Of a DNA stretch of 64,000 bases, positions 1 through 13,121 are shown piece by piece (position 1 is the stretch's first letter; each line of letters opens with the position of its first letter). The notes below the pieces were generated by a model that had not been told where the DNA came from, made no database searches, and was given only the letters and a program-made list of their open reading frames with translations. The DNA comes from Toensbergia leucococca (Eukaryota), in the NCBI GenBank assembly GCA_022813965.1, contig JALDZS010000032.1:62001-126000 (forward strand), read 5' to 3'. The position numbers and the translations under genes were made by a program.

Positions 1-28
1 CAAAATCGCTCTGCGAGAGATCGACCTA

Positions 29-2952
29 ATGGAACGTCGAGAACGCCTGGGAGAAGAGGCCCTCTTGGAATGGGTCAGTTGAGCCTTTGATCAGTTCCCA
101 AACATTGCTATGCTGATTTGTTATACTTAGATCAACAGTTTTCCCCTTTCGGAGAAAGCCACGTCTTTGAAAGGACTCAGTAACGGGTACCAGATCTGGC
201 AGGTGCTCCGTAAGCTTCGAAATTACCCCGTGCGATATTGGTAGGCTGATGAGGACACCACAGATGATGTCGATCCTGTCTACTTCACCGATGACTTCTT
301 AGAAGGCTCAGAAACTTCCGCTAAATACGCGGCACGGTGGAAGAATATCAATTGTAGAGCCTACGTTCCCAATTTCCAAACTGCAAAGAAGCTGACGTTC
401 AAACAGTCAACCCAATTTACTTCAAGTTGAGATCATACGTCGAGGATGAATTACATGAAATGCTCCCAAAGCGTTCCAGTATTGCAGATCTCGAATTAAT
501 GACTGAAGATACTGAGCTTGGAGAGGTCGTCAAGGTAGGTCTATCTCTAAGGCACCTCGCCGACCAGCGTACTAATATACGACGCAAGCTTCTGAAATTG
601 GTTCTGTGGGCTTTGATCAAATGTCCTAGATACACAGAGTATATCTCAAAAATGCTCACCTTCCGCGCCTCTACACAAGTATATTTAAAGGACTTGATAC
701 AAGAACTCCAAGCTACTTCCAAGCTACCAGCTGATTCCGACACTCCCGAAGGCGATCTTGGTCTTTCTCCGGCACCGGACAAGAATGCATATCTGCTTCT
801 GAAAGAACGTCTCTCGTTGGTCTCAGCCAGTAATGAAAAGCTCCAAGAAGAAAAGGGGGATATACAGTACGATCTCGACCGACTTCATGCTCGGTTGGAT
901 CATTTGCAGGAAAGCAACGTACGTGAGCACATGAGTATTCCGGTAGGGCGATGCTGATATATTAGAAAAGAACGCCTTGCGGGCTGAACTCACAAAAGCT
1001 CAAGATGAATCGAAATTGAAGATCTCAAAACCTAATGTTGAAATGAGCACGAGTATTGATAAGCTCGAGATGCAAATGTATAGTCACTCGGTTCGATGTA
1101 TGCAGACATACTGACGGCTTGTATAGTCGAACGCAGGATGAAACCATTACTTATCAAGAGAGTAAAATGTCAGAACTTCAAACTCAGAATGATGCCTTAC
1201 AGATACAAGTAAGTTTCCAACAGCATGCATGGCCAAGTGGAACATAGCTGATACATCTCCAATAGGTGGATAAACTTCATACATCGAACGACAAGGTCCG
1301 GCAGCTTCGAGATGAATTAGACGAGGTCAAAGCTGAACGGAATGAGCTTTCCAAGAAGACCAATACCATTGAAAAATATAAGCAAAAGCTTCAAGCCAGT
1401 TCAAAGCTTGAACAGGAGTACGGTTCGATGAAGCAGGAAATTGAAGACGTTCGGGGGCAGTTGAAAATTGCCGACAAGGCTAGACAGCAAGTAGCCGGTC
1501 TGCAGCTGGCAATCAAAGAGTACAATCGCACTTTACCCAAAATTGAACAGGATTGTCGTGAACTGGAAATGATGAAAAAGCAGCTCGAACACGACAATGC
1601 CGCCCTGGTGGAGCGGTGTGAGGTGGCCACTGAACAGCATGCACAGGATCGAGAAACTATTGCAGATTTGCGTGACAAGCTAGGCAGTACGACATCTAGT
1701 CGCAATTCTGGCTCAAGCAATGGGGATAAACTCACCCTTGACAAAATGCTTGGACAAACTTCGTCTCACAGCACTGATTCGTGAGTGACTGATGTCCTTC
1801 TACTGGCTACAACATGGCTAATGCAAAAGGCAGACAAATCGACGAGATTCAACAGCTTAGGGGAAGTGTTGAACATTTTGAGACCGCAACCTTCAAGTTG
1901 CAACAGATCCTTGACCAAACCAATGCTAAGCTCGATGAGTCCAACAAGAGGTATACGGATACATATCAGGAAAAACTTACATTAGAGTCATCTCTAGCTG
2001 CAATCCGATTGGGTCAGCTTCGATCGTCTCCGCAAGAATGTACGTCGTACCGAGAATTGTACAACAGCTTCAAAGAGGAGCATACTAAACAGAAAGCAGT
2101 ACCTGCAATCAACTTACCGAACCCTGGACCGCTCAAGGAAGTAAAAACTACAGATTCGAACGAACTAACAAAACTCCAGAACGAATACAACAGTCTCCTG
2201 CAGTGTAACAAAGACCTCGAACTCAAGCTCGCCGAGTACCCGGAGAACGCACCCAAAGGAGACCAATCAAAGACAGATTCCGAGGCCACCAAGGCCGAAA
2301 TTTTCAGAACTCAAGCCGAGATTTCCGAAACCCTCGAGCTCATCAAATCCGCTGAGGCCAGTCTGAATAAACATCGTGTCGACGGAACCCACTTCAGGGC
2401 CTTGGAAACGAACGTGAGGTCTCTGGCAAGCAAGGTTATGGACAGCAATGGTCGGCTCGCCAAGGCAGAAGAGGTATTTCAACACAAAACCACCTTACCT
2501 CTTTCTGCCACCCCCACAATCAATGAACCCTCGATCAATGAGTCCTCAATCAATGAACCCTCCATCAATGAGCAAGCCATAGACACCGAGCCCAACTTCA
2601 TCGCAGGCCCAGCATTCACCCCGCAAAAAGCACCCTCCAAAGCACTCAACCGTCTTTCCAAAGTCTTCAAAAGAAACACTGACACTAGTGACTCCAACAG
2701 CACATCCAAACCCAAAACGCCACAATCAAAGTCCTCTCAGACCGTCTTCGGCCCGCACCCGACGACCCCAAATTAGAGCGAGAGAATGCGAATCTGAAGC
2801 GCGAGTTGAGGTTGATGGCGTCGGCGTTTCATGGGTTGGGGTCCAGGATGCAGATGAATGGGGTGGTGGTGCAGCGGAGGGCTGAGGCGCCTAGGAGTTG
2901 GTTGGGGAGGCAGAGGGATCTGGTTGAGGGGTCTGGGTTGGGTGTTAGGTAG
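29..2952 (+). CDS. hookA: Hook-family dynein/early-endosome adaptor, multi-exon
   Basis: ATG at 29. Spliced N-terminus MERRERLGEEALLEW|INSFPLSEKATSLKGLSNGYQIWQVL is Hook-like, followed by long coiled-coil exons (LRDELDEVK..KTNTIEKYKQKL). Last exon 2701-2952, after intron 2474-2700, reads ERENANLKRELRLMASAFHGLGSRMQMNGVVVQRRAEAPRSWLGRQR, the fungal Hook C-terminus. Confidence 0.88.
2516..2578 (+). repeat. 15-nt tandem repeat, ~4 copies, inside the last Hook intron
   Basis: ATCAATGAACCCTCG / ATCAATGAGTCCTCA / ATCAATGAACCCTCC / ATCAATGAGCAAGCC. Confidence 0.9.
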
Positions 2953-3209
2953 GTTTTGGGGCTGGGATTGGATGGGTTTATGGCGTTATTTGCGACTTTA
3001 AGGATTTGTATTTGGGTAGGCATTTAGATTGGTTGATTGGGTTGGTAGAAGGGTCAGGTTGGAAAGTTTGATACCCTATTTTCCATTTAGGTATAATTAG
3101 GCACCTAATGTTGATTCCTTTCGTCTTTTTCTTAAATCCATTCGGTGTGAAATCCGGTACGCCAACGCTGATGCCTTAACCGTGCTGGTGCAATCCCTAT
3201 GCCCCCACC

Positions 3210-4563
3210 TCAGATCCACTCGACCGGTTTCTTCAACGCATCCAGCAACCTCTCCTCCCTCCCTCCCTTCTCCGGCTCATGCATATACATCCACCGAGCC
3301 GTCAACGGCAAACTCATAAGAATACTTTCCACCCTCGCTCCAGGCGTATTCAACCCAAAACTCGTCCCCCGATCATTGACGAGGTTAAACTCAACATAAC
3401 GTCCCCGCCTCACCTGCTGCCACTCCTTCTCACGCTCCAAAAACGGCATATCCTTCCTCCTCTCCACAATAGGCAAATAGCCCGGCAAGAAAGCGCCGAG
3501 GCAATCCTTCACGAACGCGAAGAGCTGCTCCTGGTCGTTTTCCGTGGCGTCGAGGTCGTCAAAGAAAATGCCGCCGACGCCGCGGGTTTCTTGGCGGTGG
3601 GGGATATAGAAGTATTTGTCACACCAGGCCTTGAAGCGAGGATAGTAGGCACGGTCGTGCTTGTCGCAGGCGTCTTTGATGGTTTTGTGAAAGTGGATGG
3701 CATCTTCGTCGAAGAGGTAGGATGGGGTGAGGTCGGTGCCGCCGCCAAACCACCAGGTGTTGCAGTTGCCATCCGGGTCCATGGTTTCGAAGTAGCGGTA
3801 GTTGAGGTGCACGGTCGGGCACATAGGATTCTGTGGATGCAGAACTAGACTTAGACCTGCGGCAAAGAATTCGAGGCTGTCGATGTCCGGGTCGAGGGCT
3901 TTGTGGTTGACACGCATTTTTTCAATGGCGGGCCGGGGGAGGACACCGTAGACGATCGACGTATTGACGCCGGCTTTCTCGAAGACATGCCCTGATTGGA
4001 GGACGCAGCTTGTGCCGCCGCCGCCTGTAGGACGGATCCAGGTGTCTATTTTGAATTTAGTACCGTCGAGGGCTTCGAGAGCGGCAACAATGGATTTTTG
4101 ATGGCTCTCAATTAGAGATTCCATACGAAGGCGCATAGGGGAGGAGGAAGTTATGGCAGACTCGCGCTTGGTGAGACTGTCGCGGGTGGCGATTGAGGGG
4201 GGTTCAGCGTGTTCGACGGGAGAGGTGAGCTGGTATGCGTGTGGGTTAGTGGAGAGTGGTTGGGGGGAGAATTAGGGCAATTACCATATTGTAGACTAGA
4301 GCGCCGATGAAGACGATGCCGATGGCAAGGCGGGTTTTGGGTAATTTGACGCCAGTGGGGGGAGATTTGGGGTTCGGGGTGGAATTGGGGTCTGGGGGTG
4401 GGCGTCTGCCTACTGAGACACAACGAGATTGGCATTGGATCACATGTGGATTTTGGGTTCTATTAGGCATTCGAAGGAGCGGATTGCTTGGCCATTGTAG
4501 GCAGGGTTTTCTGTAGACCGTTGAGGACATGTTGAGATAGGATCCAGGATTTCTTGAGAGCAT
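3210..4563 (-). CDS. HEM13: Oxygen-dependent coproporphyrinogen III oxidase with N-terminal targeting extension
   Basis: Motifs [60 protein letters not shown]. Exon 1 (4563-4285) joins the main ORF in frame through intron 4284-4230. The start could be 4563 or 4530. Confidence 0.95.
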
Positions 4564-5079
4564 AGGCTCAGAGAGTTTAAGCTAGAGTAATTGTTCTGCT
4601 GCAAACCAGTACATTGAACTTTTGAAGATGGCAGAAAATGGCTGAAGAGGAAGCTCGTTTTATTGAATACCTCGAGGAGAAAAAAGGGAGTTATTCCCGG
4701 AAGCTTGTAAACATCGACAAATATGGGAGAGCTTTGACCATGTGGATAAGGCTGATGATTGCGACTATTTGTACTAGTCGAGGTCACATGACTGTGAGAG
4801 TCATAAATTACTGTAATGAATCTATGTGCTGCTGATTCACAATGACTGAGCTTTAAGACAAAAAAGACATTCCTTGACTCAAGTTTATTCTCGGTGACAT
4901 CAACTCGTGATTCTTTCAAAGAATTCTGGTGAAGAGCTTGAGCATTATTCAGTCATCCACGGCTTGAAGAGAGCCCCACCACGCTAAGGATTACTTACGC
5001 TTGCACTGACGCCTAATCTTACCTACACCTCTCCATCAAATCGATTACAATCTTCAAGTCATCTCATCGCCAAAGCTAA

Positions 5080-5624
<545 letters not shown>

Positions 5625-6152
5625 GTCGGGCCTTCGGTTCAGGATGCTCGCCTCTATGCTTGCAATGATGGTTGTCTAAGGCGTTCATGGCTAGTTGGGC
5701 TTTTGTTTACGCGGACAGTATGCTAGGATGAAGGAACAGATCAAGATAGAGAGGTATGGATGGCACAGTACTAGTCAATAGCAGTCCTCGCAAGATCGGG
5801 CGACAGACGACATGGTGAAGACCGAACGAAGTACTATAACACCTTAGTCATTTAGATTTTCTTCTGTTTCTTCACGAGCGTGATCAGCTTTCTGCTCTAC
5901 CTACCACCGGCTACTTTTCCTAGTATTCTTTTGCTCGCCCGAGTGACTATAGACGATAGCCCCACCTAGCCCCTTACACGCAAGCTTATCTCCAAGCACT
6001 CTCCCAAAACGCAGCCCTCAACCTTTCACGCACGTCGTCAGGTCCACGCACCAATACTTGAGTCGTCATAGTCCTCGGCATCGCCCACCTTTCCATGTCA
6101 AAGAGACACCAACACATTCATCACTCCAACCTTTTCTCTTCCATAGGCTCCC

Positions 6153-6445
6153 TCACACCCCACTTTTCTCTCCGCTTTTCTCACTCACATCTGTCTCTCC
6201 CCCACCACTGCCCCAAGCCCATCTCTTCACTCTCTCTCCGAACACCCCCGCAATCTCGGTTAAGTCCCCACTCCCACCTCGCTCCTTCTCCTCGCGTCGT
6301 ATGCGTATCGTGGCCGCGGAAGTGCCGATTAGGATCGCGAAGACGGGGTCGAGGGTTCTATGTTAAAGGGTCAGGATGGATTGGCTTGGATGGTAGGGAG
6401 AGAGTACTTGGAGATTATGTGTGTATAGCGGGGGATGGATGCCAT
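6153..6445 (-). CDS. NCE101: Non-classical export protein 1 (NCE101-family microprotein, ~80 aa)
   Basis: Manual splice: MASIPRYTHIISK, intron 6407-6358 (GTACTC...CTGAC...TAG), then TLDPVFAILIGTSAATIRIRREEKERGG...KSGV*. ISxxLDPxFAxxIG..AA..RIRREE matches the NCE101 pattern as I recall it. Confidence 0.85.
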
Positions 6446-6871
6446 TTTCGTTGATCCTTTGGGGGCGGCTGTGAAGTCACAAGTAGCGGGGGAAGAGAAG
6501 AAATTCGATCTCCGCTCTGTCTAGTCTCCCGGCAACTCTCTTCTACCCCGCCCTCCTCAGAATATTATCCCTCCTGCTATACGTTGATGTTTTCCCGCCA
6601 CTTGTATGAGTTCGTAACTTTGTTTGAGTAGGATATGTTTGGGTCTCTTTTTGATTGCCTTGCTCACCCGTGACAGGGCTAATCTAACCTGATTAGATAT
6701 GGTGAGTTGAAGGATTCCACCTCTGTACCGGCTTCTGAAGTTCTGATTGCTGAGATAGTAGATAAAAGCCATCATCATTATCAGCACAATGGACTTTACT
6801 TTGATCAAAAGGCCTTAGGAGTCTAGAAGTGTATTATTGATCAATTTTGGAGTCGAGCCTAAGTAGGAAAC

Positions 6872-8641
6872 ATGACTGACGAGTCCCCGAAGAGCAACAA
6901 GCACTCCGCTGTCGATGAGGTTACTCCGCTTTTGGCCGCCTCTGAAGAAGGCCCTATTGCACAGGGGAACGAGGAACCGTCTGACGCTCACACAACGCCA
7001 GACAGCGAGCAGGATAAACCTTTACCACGGACCCAAATCTTTCTGCTGTGTTATGCCCGATTGGTCGAACCAATTGCTTTCTTCTCGATTTTTCCCTTCA
7101 TCAATCAGATGATATGGGAGGTTGGAGATGTTGACGAGGCAGACGTTGGCTTTTATAGTGGATTGATTGTTAGAATTTCCCCCCAAACTGGAATTCTGGC
7201 AGTCTGACGGTATTCTATATAGGAGTCCTTGTTCTCCTTGACACAAATGACCCTAATGATCTCTTGGGGCCGAGCCGCAGATCGCCTAGGAAGGAAACCA
7301 GTTCTTATTTACTCTTTGGTCGGCGTTTCCATTGCTACGGCCCTGTTCGGCCTGAGTAAAAATATCTGGCAGATGATTCTTTTCCGATGTCTCGCTGGTG
7401 TTTTTGCTGGCACTGTTGTGTACGCATTCTTACACAATTGATTATTAATAGCTAACAAGAACTGAAGAACCATACGAACAATGATTTCAGAAAATAGCAC
7501 ACCCAAAACGCAAGCTCAAGCCTTCAGCTTTTTCATGTTCACTGGAAATATGGGGATTTTCATAGGCCCTCTGATCGGTCCGACTCCTGTCAAGGCTTGA
7601 CTCGCATTTTACTAATATGGAATAGGAGGCAGCTTATCAAATCCTGCAGACCAGTATCCACGAGTTTTCGGCCAAATCCATTTTTTCAAAAATTATCCGT
7701 ACGCCCTTGCTACTGCTGTCACTGGTACGGTTGCTGCAAGCGCAGCTATTGTGAGCGCACTTTTTGTCAAAGAGGTAAGGAGGATTTATGCAAGTGGCAG
7801 CTTTCGTTGATATATTGAGCAGACCCTGGTTCGAAACAAGGGAATTGGAACATCGACATCGCCTGCTCCTACGTCTACTTTGAAAATTATCAAGTCTCCC
7901 GGAGTTCCCAATGTCTTGCTCATATATGGCATGGTCCTGCTACTTGCATTTTCTTATACTGCTAGTAAGTCTTTTGATAAGAAATACAGCGTCAACATTG
8001 ACATATGCTCTTTCAGTTGCGCCACTCTTTTGGTTCACTAGACCTGAATTAGGTGGCTATGGGTTTAGTCCTTTATGGATATCTATCTTCCTCGGTGCTG
8101 CTGGCGCATTACAAGCCATCTGGGTCCTTTTAATATTCCCCCCGCTACAACATCGGATCGGCACTGGCGGAATTCTCCGGCTTTGCTCCTACGGATTCCC
8201 TCTATTCTATGCTCTTAGTCCGGCAACAAATCTTCTTTTGCGTCAGAATCTTCGACTAGCATTCTGGATTATTGCGCCATTACTCCAGGTCTTGGCAAGT
8301 GCAGCCAGCATGTCATACAGTAGGTCCAACGCTTCATGCTGCGCTGAATCTCCCACTAAACAGTCATAGCCGCCATACAACTCGCTCTAAATGACGTTTC
8401 CCCATCTCCGACTACACTAGGAACTCTCAACGCTATCGCTCTTACACTCGCAACCGGTATACGTGCTATTGCCCCAATAGTATTCACCAGTATTTTTGCC
8501 ACTGGCACACGGACTCAGATCTTGTCGGGCTACCTTGTTTGGCTGATTCTGGTATTACTGGCATTGGTCACTATAGCTGCAATTAGGTGGTTGCCTAAGA
8601 AAGCGGAGGGGAAGCTTGTGGAGACCGAACCAACTAATTGA
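6872..8641 (+). CDS. Major facilitator superfamily transporter, multi-exon
   Basis: LLCYARLVEPIAFFSIFPFI, GFYSGLI|ESLFSL, MFS motif A WGRAADRLGRKPVL, FRCLAGVFAG. Several short introns; stop TGA at 8639-8641. Confidence 0.92.
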
Positions 8642-8678
8642 GTAAAGACCTTCATTCATTTATCAGTTTAGTACTACC

Positions 8679-8917
8679 AAACTCCAGGCTCCCTAAATTC
8701 CAGACTTCCTAAACTCCAGACTCATTAAATTTCAGACTCCCAAAACTCCAGACTCCCTAAATTCCAGACTCCCAAAACTCCAGACTCCCTAAATTCCAGA
8801 CTCATTAAATTCCAGACTCCCTAAACTCCAGGCTCCCTAAACTCCAGACTCCCAAAACTCCAGGCTCCCTAAACTCCAGATTCCCTAAAATTCAGACCCC
8901 CTAATTCTACACTCCCT
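8679..8917. repeat. 16-nt minisatellite (AAAYTCCAGACTCCCT), 14 copies plus one degenerate
   Basis: Strict 16-nt period from 8679 to 8902, then a degenerate unit at 8903-8917. Confidence 0.97.
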
Positions 8918-9293
8918 GAACCAAAGACTCTTTAAGCTTCACCCTCGCCTCCCCCATCCGTGGCCCAGAATGGAATACATCCAAACCCCGCTGATTCGTC
9001 GTCCCCAACTGTTCGAAAATTTTATTCCTTTCATTGATCACAAAACCCCCCATATGTTTCATCATGGACTCCTCTCCCTCCGTTCCCTGCTCTATTACCC
9101 TAAGAATTTCGTTATAAACCCACGTCAACGCGTTGAACTCGCAGTGGATTTCCGCGACTAGCTGGCAAAAGGAGCATTTTGAGTCAAGATTTTTCTCCTG
9201 TTTAACTATTCGTCCATTGCATCTAGCTTTGCAAGGCAAGAGTATGTTTACGAAGTGGGGGCAGGGGTGATTCAACTCAATGCGCTGGCACAT
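8907..9293 (-). CDS. Hypothetical small protein with Cys-rich N-terminus
   Basis: 128-aa ATG ORF in an AAAAATG context; MCQRIELNHPCPH...CKARC...CSFC. No recognised family. Confidence 0.45.
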   Translation of the reverse strand: MCQRIELNHPCPHFVNILLPCKARCNGRIVKQEKNLDSKCSFCQLVAEIHCEFNALTWVYNEILRVIEQGTEGEESMMKHMGGFVINERNKIFEQLGTTNQRGLDVFHSGPRMGEARVKLKESLVQGV

Positions 9294-9328
9294 TTTTTTA
9301 GAGGAGGGTGGATCGTGGCTTGAACCTG

Positions 9329-9383
9329 TTCGTGTTGCTGTTGATGTTGTGGATGTTGTTGTTGTTGTTGTTGTTGTTGTTGT
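9329..9383. repeat. (TGT/ACA)n microsatellite
   Basis: Imperfect then perfect TGT run. Confidence 0.9.
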
Positions 9384-11223
9384 GATTTTTCGTCGGTGTG
9401 GGATGGCGCTTTGAATGCTTTATGTCGTGTGCTATCGTTCGTTCGATTTCGTACTCGTGTTTCTCGATCCGTAAGTTGTTTTTGAATGCCGAATGTGTGT
9501 TTTTGTCTTTTGGTCAAAGTGTTGCTTGTTCTATGCCACCCCAAAACTTCGAGGAAAGAGGGCTTTATATATGCACTCCGGACCCCAAACCCGAAAAGAC
9601 CTCGTAAGCTCATGGCTGTGAAGTTTTGGTATGAATGCATCTCTGGGATAGGGGGATGAGGGTGTGTGAATTTTGGCTTGAGGATGTTGGGGCTAGGAAA
9701 TTTTGATATATGCACGTCAATAGAAGAGTGGGTGCGGTTGTGTGAATTCCTTTTGACGCAGAAGAACGAAGCCGCTATCCGAAACAAAAGCATCAAAGAA
9801 GCAAAATCCGACATTCAATTTCAATTTTCATTCAAGATTATCACTCCATAAACATCGGCTAATGAATATGCAGAATCTAGAAAAAAGTGGACGGACAGGT
9901 GTCACATCTCCTGATAAATCATGGCTGTGAGGATCTGGAATGGACGCGTCACTGAAATAGGATGATGAGGAGGGTATGAAATTGTGTGAATATCCCCTGA
10001 AGAGCGAGGACGAAGAAGTGATATGACACAACTATAGAAAATTGACTTGACTGAAGGAGTGGGTGACGGTTCTGTAAAGATTCATTGAAGCGAGTGAGAA
10101 ATGAAAGGAGACTCATCAATAGGGTCTAGAGATTGAACCCAGCACCCAACCCACCCTCTCACTCAAAGAAAGACCAAAGCATCACAACATGTTCTTCATC
10201 AGCTCACAACAGTATAGACTCTGCAACACTCTTCTTTATTCAGAGTCTACATTTCTTCACTCACCTATCAATCTTAATAGAGAACAAGACAGCACCATTC
10301 AACTAACACCACAACCATCACCCACCCTCACAACCTTATCCCAACCCCTTCTCTCATTCCCCTAGAAAAACCTCTGTTAATCACAAACCAAACCCCCATC
10401 ACAACAGCCCCTTTCAAAGACTCACCCCCACACTCATCCCTTACCACTAACCCCCCTCTCCCACTATTCCACCTCTTCACCTCTTCGCCTCATCACTCAC
10501 TCATCCCTCTCCCGCATTCCCTCCCCTCCCCCAATTCCTTTCCCCTCTCTCTTCCCTCTCTCCCCTCTCTCCTCCACCCCTCCCCCCCCTCTCTCCAAAC
10601 AAAAAAACCACATCCGCATTCACATCCTCATCCCCCCAAACCAAAAACTACACGACTGCACCATCTCCACCCACATTTCCAGAGCCGCGGTCTCAAATAC
10701 CAGAAGTGCGGAAATGTTGAGAGAGAGAGATTTGGGGGGGCTATGGAAAGGGGAGGGGAGTGAGGAAGGAGAGGGAGGAGGGAGGGGAAGGGATAAGGAT
10801 TTTGGGGGGGGCATGGTCTTCTTTTTGAGCAAGGTTCTGGTTTTCGGAGTCTTTGCTAGAAGATCTCCACTATCCGTAAGCCTGTGGGGATGAATTCATC
10901 TCTGTAGTAGGGATGAGGGTGGCGTTTTGTTAGGAGCCTTGTCAGATTTTCAAGGAGAATTGTACTATTTGGGTTTGACATGTGTCAATTGATGCAAAAT
11001 ATGATCGGAATAAATCTGGATATGGGCGTAGTTGTAAAAAGCACTACTTTTCCCTTGACAATACAGTGCTCGGAGCGTCGATATTAGTAAAACAAGACCA
11101 CGGAAAGAAATATAAAGAACCAGAAGCAATCATCCAACTCAGTTAATTTGTGCATATCGAAGTGGAGTAAGTTAACTAAAATTTACACAAAAACCCAGCC
11201 CTTTTTCCCTCAATAAATACATC

Positions 11224-12483
11224 TCAAACCACTTTATTAAAAGCCGGTATCAGTGTCTGGGCCAACCAGAAGCTAAACACCAATTTCGGGCCCGTCATCA
11301 GCAACTTGGGCGTCAATCCTTTGAAAAAGCTAGTGAAGCCCTCATTCCGCATCATACTCCCCACAATCTTGAATCCACTTTCGGGGTTTTCGAAATTTCG
11401 GTTTTGTATACGGGTTTTGATGACGTCGAGGGGGGCGGAGACAATTAGGGAGGCGGAGGCGCCGGCGATGGAGGCGACGAAATTTTGGGTCCAGGTGGCG
11501 GCGTTGTAGTCGGTGAGTTTGTAGAGATATTCTTTGGCAAAGGCGGAGCCGCCGAAGAGCTGTGTTGAGAGTAACATTAGCGATAGGGACAAGAGAGAGG
11601 GCGTTCATATTTGGAAGGTGAAGAAGTACCGCGAATGAACCTGGGGCGTTGCGGGCAGCGGTCCAACCTGCGCCGCGGTAGAGACCCATTCCTTCATCTG
11701 CTACTATACGAAAGACTCCACGGCCACGGAAAGCTTCGGGATTGGTTTGACGTTTTATTTTTAGGACGTCGAGGGGAAGGAGAACGATTTCGCCAATGCC
11801 GATTATACTGTATGGCGGCAATCAGCACTAACACTGGGCTAAGTTCTATGTTTCAGACATTACCTTCCAGCTGTTGCGTGCATAATTGCCTTTCCGGTAC
11901 CTTTTCCAAAGGCATTGTCGAATTTGTCTCCGTGGTGCAGGGCTAGGTAATCTCGGGCAAAGGGCTGGCCACCATATTTATATATCCGTTGGAGGATCTG
12001 ATCAGGCATTAACAATCTGTTGGTATCCTCGGTCGTCCCTTTAGAGACCCACCTTGTATCCTGCAGCGTAGCCTAGGCCTGGGAATAAGGATGTGAATTT
12101 GCGGGCGAGTGGTGCGTTTGCGTAATCTTTGAGAACGACGGTTTTAAGGTTGGCGTAAGAAGTGATCTGGAAACGTGTTACAGAGTATATGCGCATCGAG
12201 CTTCGGAAGTCGAACCTTTCCTTGGTTGCTCATCAATCGCTTGGCTATCGTATCGACCTTGAATAGGAGTAAGTAATTGAAAGCTTTGCTACGAAGCAAG
12301 AAGGCAGTACCGGATGGAAGATGGCAAGCTCAGCGATACCAGCAGAACCTGGCACGGTCAACATAAGTCGTTTGCAGTAAGAAGAGAGATCTGACCGGAT
12401 CCAAGAAGCCTTGCGGTGGCTGACTCTTTTTTGTAGTCCTTGGCCGCAGAACCTGCAGCGGCTTCAGCTATGGCGGGCGCCAT
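11224..12483 (-). CDS. GGC1: Mitochondrial GTP/GDP carrier, multi-exon
   Basis: KESATARLLGS|GSAGIAELAIFHP|VDTIAKRLMSNQGK...LFPGLGYAAGYK|ILQRIYKYGGQP...PLDVLKIKRQTNPEAFRGRG...PLDVIKTRIQNRNFENPESG...KGLTPKLLMTGPKLVFSF. Confidence 0.95.
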
Positions 12484-13121
12484 TTTACGCTTGAAATCCG
12501 ACGCGCAGTGTGGATCCACAGTGATTGATTGGAAGCCCGCTTGGAGAGAGAGATAATGGCCGAGCTACGGAGTATGGCAAATGGACAGAATGAGAAAGAG
12601 AAATTTGTTCGAGGCGGAAGATCATTGAAGGATTCCTCGATTGGGCCTCGGGCTCGCATAAATTATTATTTCTCGCCAAGGACGGTTCGGACCGAATATC
12701 CCTGTCAGAGTCCGACACTAAGCCGTTTTTTACAAGGGGAGCATGTCTCGCATGTTTGCTATTCAGTGGCCGGATTGGCTGCTGGGATTTGGCTGTGTCT
12801 CGAGTCCTTAGACGGTTGACTGTCGTAATCTTGCATGATAGTGAGCTTGAACAACTACAAAGATATTTGAAAGCATCATGCATATTACTCAGCTAGATGA
12901 TGTGTTCATTCAAGGATGTCACTGTCTTTGCAAATGGAATTATAGCATGCAGGGACAGGGAAAAGAGACACTTCACTTTGCGACAGCCAAAAAACCCAAC
13001 CTCCAACCTCTCCCGCAGCCAGCCACTTCACTGTCGTTTCCAACCTCCTCTTCAGCATCTGCACATATAATCTTCTCACTAGGCGTTCGAAGCTTCTTCC
13101 TCTTCTCCTTCTTCATAGATT

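Noticed and set aside
3279..3848. Long antisense ORFs over HEM13 (likewise over SPT16, the metalloprotease and the SWIRM gene)
   Set aside because: Shadow ORFs expected from codon bias
4638..4835. 65-aa ORF between HEM13 and ATG8
   Set aside because: Lies antisense to the pyrimidine-rich HEM13 leader/promoter; no family features
9272..9814. 180-aa polyQ ORF
   Set aside because: Appears to be upstream sequence of the 9293 ORF; the polyQ is just the CAA microsatellite
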